A DNA stretch of 64,000 nt from Solirubrobacterales bacterium (GCA_035634815.1 DASQCF010000009.1:8585-72584), one strand, 5' to 3'. Shown: positions 40,560 to 49,475, numbered from the stretch's first letter. Translations and numbers: made by a program. Notes: generated by a model not told the origin, from the sequence alone.

Positions 40560-40572
40560 GAGGGCTGCTCAT

Positions 40573-41274
40573 ATGCCGAGAGACGCGCTGAGGAAATCGC
40601 ATGTTGGGATCCAGCTGAACGACCGTTCGGCCAAGATGGAGCGCCGGCTGGGGGTTGCGCTGGGGGAGATGGAGGAGGCGATCCAGGCTGACTTTGGGCT
40701 GACGGCGGTGGTCGAGAAGAGGATGATGCTGTCGACGATCGTTGATGCGATGAACGCGCATTACGGCGCTCAGGCTCCGGTTTCGTTCGAGCCGGCCTAT
40801 CGCGGTGGTGACACCTGGCTGCAGCCCGATGGGGGTTTTTGGACCATCGAGGAGTGGGACGACCCCTCGCGAGTGATTCTTGTCGCCGAGGTGAAGCGGC
40901 AGGGAACCAATGACGCTCGGGCGCGGGAAGGGAAGGAGAAACAGTCGCGGGGCAATGCGATCGAGCGCCTGGGGAAGAACATGCGGGGGATCGACGCGCT
41001 CTTCTCCGGCGAGCGGATAACGCCGTTCGTCTGCTTCGGCGAGGGGTGCGATTTCGGCGAGGACAGCTCCATCCGCGACCGGGTGGCGACCCTGAACGGG
41101 TTCTTCCCCCTCAACGAGATCTTCGTCGACAAGGTCGCGGTGGGGGATGACACGCTGAAGCCGACCTCCATGTACTTTCGCGAAGAACCCTGGACGCCGG
41201 CTGAGATGGCAGAGGTGCTGATCCCGGTGGCGCGGCGGTCGATCGAGTACTACCGGGAGAAATACAAACTCTAG
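40573..41274 (+). CDS. EcoRI-family type II restriction endonuclease-like protein
   Basis: Collinear with recalled EcoRI motifs. LQPDGGFW...VILVAEVKRQG matches IKPDGGIV...VVLVAEAKHQG. GNAIERLGKNMRGI matches GNAIERSHKNISEI. PFVCFGEGCDF matches PYVLFLEGSNF. Catalytic D and E-x-K are retained. AGGAGGG ribosome-binding site lies 9 nt upstream. Confidence 0.8.
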   Translation: MPRDALRKSHVGIQLNDRSAKMERRLGVALGEMEEAIQADFGLTAVVEKRMMLSTIVDAMNAHYGAQAPVSFEPAYRGGDTWLQPDGGFWTIEEWDDPSRVILVAEVKRQGTNDARAREGKEKQSRGNAIERLGKNMRGIDALFSGERITPFVCFGEGCDFGEDSSIRDRVATLNGFFPLNEIFVDKVAVGDDTLKPTSMYFREEPWTPAEMAEVLIPVARRSIEYYREKYKL

Positions 41275-41945
41275 GCGGCCCCCTCGCCGTATTCGTCGTG
41301 CCGGTTCCACCAGCTGTAGGGCTTGTCCTGCGGGTAGCCCTCGGGTGAGTCCTCCCAGGTCTCCTGCCGCCCGAGGGGGGTGACGTCGAGGTAGTTCCAG
41401 GTGCTGCCCATCTGCTCGTCGCCCCGCGCGTCGACGAAGTAGGTGCGGAAGATCGCGCCACCCTCGCGGAGGAAGACGTTGGTTCCGTGCCATTCGTCGA
41501 CGTCGAAGTCGGCGTCGAAGCTGTCGGTGAGCGTGTACCAGGGCATCTCCCAGCCCATCCGCTCCTTCAGGCGCGCGATCTCCGCCTGCGGGGCGCGGGA
41601 GACGAAGGCCAGCGTCGTGTCGCGGGCGTTGAGGTGGGCGAGGTGGGCGCCCTGATCGGCGACCATCGAGCAGCCGGGGCAGCCCTTCTCGGGAAAGCCC
41701 TTCACGTCCGGGTCGAAGAAGAAGCGGTAGACGATCAGCTGGCGGCGCCCGGCGAAGAGGTCCTCCAGGTCGACCGGGCCCGACGGGCCCTCGAAGCGGT
41801 ACTCGCGCTCGACGGCCATCCGCGGCATCTGCCGCCGTTCGGCCGCCAGCGCGTCGCGGGCGCGGGTCAGCTCCTTCTCCTTGACCAGCATCTCCTCGCG
41901 GGCAGACCTCCACTCCTGCGGCGAGACCACGGGCGGCAAATCCAT
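41271..41945 (-). CDS. DUF899 thioredoxin-like protein
   Basis: VVSPQEWRSAREEMLVKEKELTRARDALAAERR...GCPGCSMVADQ. Confidence 0.85.
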   Translation of the reverse strand: MDLPPVVSPQEWRSAREEMLVKEKELTRARDALAAERRQMPRMAVEREYRFEGPSGPVDLEDLFAGRRQLIVYRFFFDPDVKGFPEKGCPGCSMVADQGAHLAHLNARDTTLAFVSRAPQAEIARLKERMGWEMPWYTLTDSFDADFDVDEWHGTNVFLREGGAIFRTYFVDARGDEQMGSTWNYLDVTPLGRQETWEDSPEGYPQDKPYSWWNRHDEYGEGAA

Positions 41946-42016
41946 CGAGTCCTCCTTCGGTTGGTCATCGACATCCTCCCTTCGACTACCCGCCTGGCGC
42001 CAGCTAAGGTGGCCCG

Positions 42017-43204
42017 ATGGCCAAGGCGAGGGTGCAGCGGCGCGGCAGCGGAGCCCGTTCCGGGGGGGATGCGCGAGCCCGGGTGGCGGCGCAGATGCGC
42101 GAGCGGCTGCCGGAGATCCAGGCGGCGGTGGCGACCCGGGTGTACGCGATCGCCGACCCGCACGAGGTAACCGACCCTGCCTACGTGGAGGGGCTGAAAG
42201 CCGCCCTGGCCGCCGCGGTCGAGTACCGGCTCGCGGTCCTGGAGCTCGGCGAGCGGCGGGCGCCCGCCGTGCCCGAGGTGCTGCTGGCGCAGGCGCGCCT
42301 CGACGCCCGCGACGGGGTGGCGCTGGAGACCGTGCTGCGCCGCTACTTCGCCGGCAACACCCACTTCGGCGACTTCTTGGCCGAAGAGGCCGAACGGGCC
42401 GAGATGCCGAGCGCGACCCTGCGCTCGCTGCTGCGCGAGCAGGCGACGCTCGGCGACCGGCTGCTCGCCGCGATCAGCGCCGAACACGCGCGTGAGGCGG
42501 CGAACCGGCCGAGCGGCAACGCCGAGGAGCGGCGGCGGGAGATCGTCAAGAGCCTGCTCGCCGGCGAGCTCGTCGACCACTCCGAGATCGAGTACGACTT
42601 CGACGGCCACCACCTGGCGCTGATGGCCAAAGGCGAGGGGGCCGAGGGGCCGATGCGGGAGCTGGCGAGCCGCCTCGACCGCCGGCTGCTGATCGTCCAG
42701 CGCGAGGAAGAGGCGAAGTGGGCCTGCTGGCTCGGCGGGCGGCGCGAGCTCGACCCCGCGGAGGCGCTGCGGGCGCTACGTGAGCTCGACCCCAAGGGCG
42801 TCTTCGTCACGCTCGGGGAGCCCGCGGAGGCGCTCGCCGGCTGGCGCTTCAGCCACCTGCAGGCGAAGGCGGCGCTGGCGATCGCCGAACGGCGGCGCGA
42901 GCCGTTCCTGCGCTACGCCGACGTCGCCGTCCTCGCCGCGGTCCTCCGTGACGACCTCGTCGCCGACTCGCTGCGGCGCATCTACCTGGAGCCGCTGGCG
43001 CGCTCGCGCGACAACGGCGAGGTCGCGCGGGAGACGCTGCGCGCCTGGTTCGCGGCCGAGCGGAACATCTCCTCGACCGCCGCCGCGCTCGGCGTCGACC
43101 GCCGCACCGTGCGCAACCGCTTGGGCGCGATCGAGGGCCTGCTCGGCCGGCCGCTGCGCGGCTCGCTGGCCGACCTCGAGATCGCCCTGCGGCTCGAGGG
43201 CTAA
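42017..43204 (+). CDS. PucR-family transcriptional regulator
   Basis: C-terminal PucR HTH (ETLRAWFAAERNISSTAAALGVDRRTVRNRL). Confidence 0.8.
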   Translation: MAKARVQRRGSGARSGGDARARVAAQMRERLPEIQAAVATRVYAIADPHEVTDPAYVEGLKAALAAAVEYRLAVLELGERRAPAVPEVLLAQARLDARDGVALETVLRRYFAGNTHFGDFLAEEAERAEMPSATLRSLLREQATLGDRLLAAISAEHAREAANRPSGNAEERRREIVKSLLAGELVDHSEIEYDFDGHHLALMAKGEGAEGPMRELASRLDRRLLIVQREEEAKWACWLGGRRELDPAEALRALRELDPKGVFVTLGEPAEALAGWRFSHLQAKAALAIAERRREPFLRYADVAVLAAVLRDDLVADSLRRIYLEPLARSRDNGEVARETLRAWFAAERNISSTAAALGVDRRTVRNRLGAIEGLLGRPLRGSLADLEIALRLEG

Positions 43205-43302
43205 CCGCCTCACCCCTCGCCTTTCCCACATTGGTGCACCGGCGCCGTGCGAGGCTCCAAATCGGGGAGGCGGCGGGGACGCCCCGGGCGGAGGATCGGG
43301 GC

Positions 43303-44082
43303 ATGAACCGGAAACCGATCCTCCTCCTCGCGCTCCTCGCCCTCGCCGCCCTGATCCTCTCCGCAGTCGCCTCCGGCAGCTCCAACCGCAGGCTCTGGTG
43401 TGTCGACAACCTCTGCGTCGCCGACGACGGCGGCATCTCCCCGACCAAGCTGCCGCGCCACGGGAAAGCGCCGATCACCGCGGCGCTGAAAGGGGAAGTG
43501 ACGACCAAAGACGGGACCCATCCGCCCCCGGTGCAGAGCCTCGACATCGAAATCGACAAGACGATCGGCGTCGACGCCGTCGGCCTGCCGACCTGCAGGA
43601 TCGGCCAGCTCGAGTCGCGCGACACCGCGACGGCGAAGAAGGCCTGCGGCGACGCGATCGTCGGCTCCGGCTCCGCCGAAGTCGAGGTCGCCTTCCCCGA
43701 ACAGGCGCCGTTCCGCTCGACCGGACCGCTGGTCCTCTTCAACGCCGGCGCCAAGGGGAAGACGACGACCGTCCTCCTCCACGCCTACGTCAACGTGCCG
43801 GCGCCGACCGCGATCGTCGTCCAGGCCACGATCACCCGGGTCCACCACGGGCGCTTCGGCCTGGAGATCGAGGCGGCCATCCCGCGGATCGCCGGCGGCT
43901 CGGGCTCGGTCACCAACTTCGAACTCAAGGTCGGCCGCAAGTACGCCTACAAGGGCCGCAAGAAGAGCTTCCTCACCGCCAGCTGCCCCACGGGCACCTG
44001 GCTCACCCGCGGCCACGTCCGCTTCGGCGACGACACCGAGCTCTCCATCCTCCACCCGTTCAGCTGCACGCCGCAGGGCTAG
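43303..44082 (+). CDS. Secreted hypothetical protein
   Basis: ORF trimmed to the ATG at 43303 (MNRKPILLLALLALAALILSAVASG signal peptide). Confidence 0.6.
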   Translation: MNRKPILLLALLALAALILSAVASGSSNRRLWCVDNLCVADDGGISPTKLPRHGKAPITAALKGEVTTKDGTHPPPVQSLDIEIDKTIGVDAVGLPTCRIGQLESRDTATAKKACGDAIVGSGSAEVEVAFPEQAPFRSTGPLVLFNAGAKGKTTTVLLHAYVNVPAPTAIVVQATITRVHHGRFGLEIEAAIPRIAGGSGSVTNFELKVGRKYAYKGRKKSFLTASCPTGTWLTRGHVRFGDDTELSILHPFSCTPQG

Positions 44083-44145
44083 CGCCCTTCGTCTCTCCGG
44101 GGCGAGCCGGCCGGTTTCTTCCCCGAGGGACCGGCCGACTGGGCC

Positions 44146-44400
44146 CTACCCGCGCAGCCGGTCGGCCCGGCTGGTCATCTCGCCGACGCTGGTGCCCAGC
44201 GCGCCGGCCAGGCGCAGCAGGGTCGTGTAGCTGGGGTTGCGCACGCCGCGCTCGACGCCGCCGACCTGGGTGAGGTCGGTGCCGGCGGCTTCGGCCAGTT
44301 GCTCCTGGCTCATCTCCGCCTCCAGGCGCAGCTGGCGGACCGCCTCGCCGAGGGCAGCGTGCTCGGGGGAGCGGGGTTTGCTGCGACGCGGGGGCGGCAT
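44146..44400 (-). CDS. XRE-family HTH regulator
   Basis: LRLEAEMSQEQLAEAAGTDLTQVGGVERGVRNPS. Confidence 0.8.
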   Translation of the reverse strand: MPPPRRSKPRSPEHAALGEAVRQLRLEAEMSQEQLAEAAGTDLTQVGGVERGVRNPSYTTLLRLAGALGTSVGEMTSRADRLRG

Positions 44401-44504
44401 CGCCCCGGAGCCTCTCTATTAAAAGACTCCAGTGTTAGGGTATTTATGCCATAACATCTGGAGCGCCGGAAACGGGTTGAGCTTTTGACTTTTCCGGGTC
44501 GCTC

Positions 44505-44813
44505 ATGCCGCCTTCTTCTTCAGAGCTGATCAGCGCCGTCGGCCATCCCTTGCGCCGGCGGATCCTGCTTGCCTACCTCGACCGCCCGCTGGAGCGTGCC
44601 TCGGCGAGCGAGCTGGCGGAAATCATGGATCAGCGCATCGGGCAGGTTGCCTACCACCTGAAGACGCTGGCGAAGAGCGAGATCCTGCGGCCGGTCGAGG
44701 GTGGCGATGGGACCGAAGCGAAGCAGGGTCACTACCGCTGGGCCCTCGACGTCGAGGCGGTCTGGCTGCGGCTGGTGCTCGAGGTCTGGGCGGAGGCCGA
44801 CCGCACGCCTTAG
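44505..44813 (+). CDS. ArsR-like winged-helix regulator
   Basis: HPLRRRILLAYL...ASELAEIMDQRIGQVAYHLKTLAKSEIL. Confidence 0.75.
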   Translation: MPPSSSELISAVGHPLRRRILLAYLDRPLERASASELAEIMDQRIGQVAYHLKTLAKSEILRPVEGGDGTEAKQGHYRWALDVEAVWLRLVLEVWAEADRTP

Positions 44814-44840
44814 CTCTGAGGCCGACCTAGACTGGGAGGG

Positions 44841-45851
44841 ATGCCGCCGCTGCTCGAGCGCCTGGGGGTGGAGCTGCCCGTCGTCCAGGCGGGGATGGGC
44901 GGTGGGATCAGCCGGCACGAGCTGGCCGCGGCTGTCTCCGAGGCCGGCGGCCTGGGGACGATCGCCGTCAGCGGGGCGGCGGCGATCCGCAGCGAGCTGG
45001 CGGCGGCGCGGGCGCTCACCGGGCGCCCGCTCGCGGTCAACGTGCTGCTGCCGTTTGCGCGGCGGGACTGGTTCGAGGCGGCCGGCGAGGCCGACGTCGT
45101 CGTCACCTTTTGGGGCAGGCCGCGGCGCCGGACCCCGGGGGTCTGGCTGCACCAATGTGGCTCGGTTGCGGAGGCGCAGCAGGCGCAGGCCGCGGGCGCC
45201 GACGGCGTCATTGTCCAGGGCGTCGAGGCTGGTGGGCACCTGCGTGGGACCGCCCCGGCGATGCGCCTGTTCGAGGAGGTGCGCGCGGCGCTGCCCGCGG
45301 ACTACCCGCTGCTGCTCGCCGGCGGTGTCGCTGAGCCTGGCGACGTACGGGCGGCGCTCGATGCAGGCGCCTGCGCCGCGGTCGCCGGCACCCGCTTCCT
45401 GCTCAGCGAGGAGAGCCGCGCCCACGCTCTTTATAAGGAGCGACTGCTCGCCGCGGAGCGGACGCTCCTCACCGACCTCTTCGGCGCCGCCTGGCCGGCG
45501 CCGCACCGCGTCGTCCCAAACGCCGCCACGGAGCGATGGCTGGGCGGCGTTCGTCCTTTGTTAGCCAGAGGACGAACAAAGGACGAACGCCGGGTACTGA
45601 ACCGCGCCCCGGCCGCTAATCGCGCCCTGAACCACTTCCTCGCGCCGGGCGCTCGCTACACGCCGGCGTCGCTGCAAGTGCGGATGATCCGGGCGCAGCG
45701 GCCCGGGAGCCGCCTGCTCACTCCTGCGGGGCCGACCGACGACGGGCCGCCGACGCTGGTCGATGCCGGCGCGCTCTACGCAGGAGAGACGGTCGCCCGG
45801 ATCGACACGGTGAGACCCGCAGCCGAGCTGGTCCGCGAGCTCGCCGGCTGA
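44841..45851 (+). CDS. Nitronate monooxygenase (NMO/2-nitropropane dioxygenase family)
   Basis: VVQAGMGGGIS and GADGVIVQGVEAGGH motifs. Confidence 0.85.
   Translation: MPPLLERLGVELPVVQAGMGGGISRHELAAAVSEAGGLGTIAVSGAAAIRSELAAARALTGRPLAVNVLLPFARRDWFEAAGEADVVVTFWGRPRRRTPGVWLHQCGSVAEAQQAQAAGADGVIVQGVEAGGHLRGTAPAMRLFEEVRAALPADYPLLLAGGVAEPGDVRAALDAGACAAVAGTRFLLSEESRAHALYKERLLAAERTLLTDLFGAAWPAPHRVVPNAATERWLGGVRPLLARGRTKDERRVLNRAPAANRALNHFLAPGARYTPASLQVRMIRAQRPGSRLLTPAGPTDDGPPTLVDAGALYAGETVARIDTVRPAAELVRELAG
45545..45592. repeat. 48-nt perfect palindromic element lying in frame inside the NMO CDS
   Basis: 18-bp perfect arms (CGGCGTTCGTCCTTTGTT / AACAAAGGACGAACGCCG) with a 12-nt loop. AT-richer than its context. 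48 nt equals 16 codons. Confidence 0.7.
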
Positions 45852-45893
45852 GGATGTTCATCGCCCTCGGTTAGGGGGTATTTCCAGGGCGGT

Positions 45894-46352
45894 TTGTCCG
45901 CGACGGGCCGCAAGAGAGTTCGGTCGGCAGCGCTGCTCACTCTTCTGGTTGCCCTGCTCATCGGCGGCAGCGGCTGCGGCGACCTCAGCAACGACGAGCT
46001 GAACCGCGGGGTCGAATCGCTCAGCGCGCTCGCCGCCCAGGGGCGGCTGGTCGCCAACGGCGTCGCCCGCGACGCGACCAAAACCACCTACGCGCGGGCG
46101 ATGGCGCGGACGCTCTCCGAGCAGGCCGAGCATGAGGCCGAAAAGCTCGCCGACGCCACCCTCGAAGAACCCGGGACCGCCGACCAGCGCCACGCGGCGG
46201 TTGCCGTCGCCGAGGAAATCTCCGGCCTGCTCTCGACCCTGCAGACCTTCCCCGGCGACGAGCGCCACGGGGAACTGGTCGAAAAGCACCTCGGCGAAGC
46301 GGGGGAAAAGGCCGACGCGATCGTCGCCCAGCTGAGCGGGGACGCGCCGTGA
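45894..46352 (+). CDS. Putative lipoprotein
   Basis: TTG start. Lipobox-like LLIGGSGC after a hydrophobic N-terminus. Confidence 0.6.
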   Translation: MSATGRKRVRSAALLTLLVALLIGGSGCGDLSNDELNRGVESLSALAAQGRLVANGVARDATKTTYARAMARTLSEQAEHEAEKLADATLEEPGTADQRHAAVAVAEEISGLLSTLQTFPGDERHGELVEKHLGEAGEKADAIVAQLSGDAP

Positions 46353-47569
46353 GGGCGATCCTCAAAATCGCCCTCGGGATCATCGCCGCGATCGGCGGCT
46401 TCCTCGACATCGGCGACCTCGTCTTCACCACCCAGGCCGGGGCGCTGTTCCGCTACGACCTGCTCTGGGCGGTCGTCCTCGGCGTCGTCGGGATCGCCGT
46501 CTACGCGGAGATGTCGGGACGCGTCGCCGCGGTCAGCGGCCGGCCGGTCTTCGACGTGATCCGGATGCGGATGGGCTTCGGGATGGGGCTGGCGGCGCTG
46601 ATCGCCAGCACGATCGTCAACGTCCTCACCCTCGCCGCCGAGCTGGGCGGGATCGCGATCGTCCTCGAACTTCTCTTCGACGCCCCGTACAGCATGTTCG
46701 TCGTCGCCGCGGCGATCGCCCTGGTCGGGATCGTCGCCCTGCTGCCCTTCGGCGGCATCGAGCGCTTCTTCGGCTACGGCGGGCTGCTGCTGCTCGTCGT
46801 CGTCGCCACCGTCTTCCACCAGAACCCCGACTGGGGCGAAGTCGGCCGCGGCTTCATCCCCTCGATCGACTCCTCGACGCTCTACCTCTACTTCGTCGTC
46901 GGCGTCTTCGCCGCGGCGCTGATGCCCTACGAGGTCCACTTCTATTCCTCGGGCGCGATCGAGGAGAGGTGGACCGAGGAGAACCTGAAAGAGAACCGGC
47001 TGAACGCGATCGTCGGCTACGGCGTCGGCGGCATCCTCGCCGTCGGCCTGGTGATCGTCTCCGGCTTTCTCTTCCACCCGCTCGGGGTCGAACCGGACAA
47101 CCTCGGCACCGTGGCGCTGCCGATGCAGGGCGCCTTCGGCGAGACCGGGCTGCTGCTGGCGCTCGGCGGCATGCTCTTCTGCGTCGGCGGCGCCGCGATC
47201 GACTCCAGCTTCGCCGCCTCCTACAACCTCGCCCAGTTCCTCGGCTGGGAGTGGGGGCGCTACCAGGGCCCGCGCAAGGCGCCGCGCTTCACCGCCTCCT
47301 GGCTGGTCTTCCTCCTGCTCGGGATCGCGATCGCCCAGAGCGGGATCAACCCGGTCGACATCACCGAGTACAGCGTCGTGCTCGCGGTCGTGGCGCTGCC
47401 GCTCACCTACCTGCCGGTGCTGCTGATCGCCGGCGATCGCTCGTTCATGGACCGCTACGCGAACGGGCGCGTCGCCAGCTTCCTCGGCTGGCTCTACTTC
47501 GCGGTGATCGTCGTCCTGGCGCTCGCCGCGATCCCGCTGCTGCTGGCGACCAACGCGGGGGGCGGATGA
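46349..47569 (+). CDS. NRAMP-family divalent metal transporter (divergent)
   Basis: GTG start overlapping the previous stop. About 11 TM segments. NRAMP-like N-terminal motif region (GGFLDIGDLVFTTQAG). Confidence 0.85.
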   Translation: MRAILKIALGIIAAIGGFLDIGDLVFTTQAGALFRYDLLWAVVLGVVGIAVYAEMSGRVAAVSGRPVFDVIRMRMGFGMGLAALIASTIVNVLTLAAELGGIAIVLELLFDAPYSMFVVAAAIALVGIVALLPFGGIERFFGYGGLLLLVVVATVFHQNPDWGEVGRGFIPSIDSSTLYLYFVVGVFAAALMPYEVHFYSSGAIEERWTEENLKENRLNAIVGYGVGGILAVGLVIVSGFLFHPLGVEPDNLGTVALPMQGAFGETGLLLALGGMLFCVGGAAIDSSFAASYNLAQFLGWEWGRYQGPRKAPRFTASWLVFLLLGIAIAQSGINPVDITEYSVVLAVVALPLTYLPVLLIAGDRSFMDRYANGRVASFLGWLYFAVIVVLALAAIPLLLATNAGGG

Positions 47570-47925
47570 AGGCGGAGGGCGACATCTATGTGGTCCACCG
47601 CCTGCTCGACGAGCAGATCTGCGACTCCGAGGGGAAACGCGTCGGCCGCGTCGACGACATCGAGCTGAGCGGCGACCCGCCACGTATCACCGCCCTGCTG
47701 GTCGGTGAGGGGCTCTACCCCCGACGGCTGCCGCGCAGCCTGGCCCGGCTCGCGCGCCGGATCTCCGGGCCGGAGGTCTGGGGCAAGAATGCGTTGCGGA
47801 TTCCCTGGGAGGAGGTCGACGAGCTGACCTCGACCGTGAAGCTGCGCAAGAAAGCCGAGGAGCTCGGCCTGGGTCTGGGCGACGACCCGGATCGCTGGAT
47901 CGTCAGGAGGCTGCCGTGGAACTGA
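47566..47925 (+). CDS. PRC-barrel domain protein
   Basis: ATGA overlap with the NRAMP stop. GKRVGRVDDIEL motif. Confidence 0.7.
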   Translation: MKAEGDIYVVHRLLDEQICDSEGKRVGRVDDIELSGDPPRITALLVGEGLYPRRLPRSLARLARRISGPEVWGKNALRIPWEEVDELTSTVKLRKKAEELGLGLGDDPDRWIVRRLPWN

Positions 47926-48170
47926 GCGAGCCGCGGGCGCTGAGCGAGCTGCTGGGACGCAAGGTCGTCGACCAGTCCGGCCGCCGCCTCGGCCGGGTGC
48001 GCGAGGCGAAGGCGCACTGGGAGGGCGAGGCGGTGGTGATCGACGAGCTGATCCTCGACCGCGGCGGCTTCCGGCGGCGGCTGCGCGGGCCGGGTGGGCC
48101 GGAGGAGCAGACGATCCCGTGGGAGGCGGTCGTCGAGCTGCCCGACGAAACCGTGGTGGTGCGCCGCTAA
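47916..48170 (+). CDS. PRC-barrel domain protein
   Basis: GTG start. LLGRKVVDQSGRRLGRVREA motif. Confidence 0.7.
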   Translation: MELSEPRALSELLGRKVVDQSGRRLGRVREAKAHWEGEAVVIDELILDRGGFRRRLRGPGGPEEQTIPWEAVVELPDETVVVRR

Positions 48171-48225
48171 CCCGAACTGCATCAACTTCTACTCCTGCTG
48201 GGTGTAGAAGTTGATGCAGTTCGGG
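48171..48225 (+). terminator. 22-bp perfect inverted repeat (11-nt loop) immediately after the PRC-barrel stop codon
   Basis: CCCGAACTGCATCAACTTCTAC-N11-GTAGAAGTTGATGCAGTTCGGG. No U tract follows. Confidence 0.5.
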
Positions 48226-48256
48226 CCGAGGAGGCCGGCCTGGGAGAATCCTGGGC

Positions 48257-48619
48257 ATGGCGGGGGGACAGATCCTGCAGGTCGCCGAGCGCGATCTCGG
48301 CGGCGGCCGCTGCGAGCTGCAGCTGGAGGGCGAGCTCGACCTCTGGAGCGTCGAGCGGCTGCAGGCGGTGCTGCAGCGGGTGGCGCGCCAGAACGACGCG
48401 ATCCTCGTCGGCCTGCAGAGCTGCGAGTTCGTCGACTCGACCGGCATCGCCCTCTTCCTCCAGGTCCGCCGCCAGCTTGAAGGCGAGGGCGGCCGCCTCG
48501 TCATCTACGGCTGCTCGGACCAGGTTCTGCGGATCTTCACCGTCGCCGGCCTGACCGAGGCCGGGATCGTCTTCGCCGACCGCGACGAGGCGCTGGCCGA
48601 GCTGGCGGCCGTCGAGTAG
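48257..48619 (+). CDS. STAS-domain anti-sigma-factor antagonist
   Basis: SpoIIAA-like (LQSCEFVDSTGIALFL). Confidence 0.85.
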   Translation: MAGGQILQVAERDLGGGRCELQLEGELDLWSVERLQAVLQRVARQNDAILVGLQSCEFVDSTGIALFLQVRRQLEGEGGRLVIYGCSDQVLRIFTVAGLTEAGIVFADRDEALAELAAVE

Positions 48620-48626
48620 TGCCGGC

Positions 48627-48962
48627 TCAGTATTCGCGCAGCAGCTGAGCCCGCAGCCAGCCGCACCAGAGACCGAAGAGGATTACCGCCAGCAGGGCGC
48701 CGGCCCAGTGCAGGCCGACGATGACGGCGAGGACGCTGGGCAGCCCGGCCAGCGCCGCGCCGAGCAGGACCAGCTTCAGCGGCAGCCGCACGAACCAGGA
48801 CGTGATCGCGGCGCAGAGCAGCCAAGACAGCGGGCCGGCGATCCAGCCCCAGTCCTCGAAGAAGCTCTTTGGCAGGGCGGCGCCCAGGATCCCCGCCAGC
48901 AGCAGGACCGCGAGGAGCTGAATCGACGCGGCGCGCCAGACGGTCGGGAGGCTCATCCCCAC
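48627..48962 (-). CDS. Small membrane protein, hypothetical
   Basis: Three to four hydrophobic helices. Realistic composition. Confidence 0.55.
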   Translation of the reverse strand: MGMSLPTVWRAASIQLLAVLLLAGILGAALPKSFFEDWGWIAGPLSWLLCAAITSWFVRLPLKLVLLGAALAGLPSVLAVIVGLHWAGALLAVILFGLWCGWLRAQLLREY

Positions 48963-48967
48963 CGAGG

Positions 48968-49330
48968 CTATTCGACGACGATCTTGCCCTTCATGAAGGG
49001 GTGGATCTTGCAGTGGTAGGCGAAGGTCCCGCGCTTGTTGAACTGGATCGTCTTCGACTTCCCGGGAGCGATCCCCTTGGTGTCGAAGCTGCCGGCCTTG
49101 GTCGCCGTGTGGGTGGTGTTGCTGGTGTTGGAGAAGGCGACGCGGGCGCCGCGCTTGACCTTCAGCGTGCCGGGCTTGAAAGCGAAGCTGACGATGGTGA
49201 CGGTCTTGGCGGCGCTGGCGCCGGCGGTCGGTTCGGCCGCTCCGCCCCTGCTCGCGGCGAAGCCGGCGAGGGAGAGGGCGGCGAGCGCGGCGAGGAGCAA
49301 GAGCGTGGGTCGCTGCAGTGAGGTCGTCAT
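48968..49330 (-). CDS. Cupredoxin (plastocyanin/amicyanin-like blue copper protein)
   Basis: ORF trimmed to the ATG at 49330, which gives a signal peptide. Type-1 copper ligand pattern HTAT ... YHCKIHPFM. Confidence 0.8.
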   Translation of the reverse strand: MTTSLQRPTLLLLAALAALSLAGFAASRGGAAEPTAGASAAKTVTIVSFAFKPGTLKVKRGARVAFSNTSNTTHTATKAGSFDTKGIAPGKSKTIQFNKRGTFAYHCKIHPFMKGKIVVE

Positions 49331-49400
49331 GGCGAGAGATACGCAGCCTGGCCGGCAGGGGTTCAAATGCCGTTCCCTCCCAGCCATAATGGGCTCCCGG

Positions 49401-49473
49401 GGGCGGTTAGCTCAGTTGGGAGAGCACTTCCCTTACAAGGAAGGGGTCACTGGTTCGAGCCCAGTACCGCCCA
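49401..49473 (+). tRNA. tRNA-Val(UAC)
   Basis: Canonical cloverleaf by hand. GGGCGGT/ACCGCCC + A. GCTC-AGTTGGGA-GAGC. CTTCC-CTTACAA-GGAAG. ACTGG-TTCGAGC-CCAGT. Confidence 0.93.
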
Positions 49474-49475
49474 TC

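Noticed and set aside
41271-42016. A third tRNA-derived repeat or other boundary marking the right end of the ROK/EcoRI-like module.
   Set aside because: No similarity to the tRNA 3' half was seen. The EcoRI-like stop overlaps the convergent DUF899 stop, so the right boundary cannot be defined from sequence alone.
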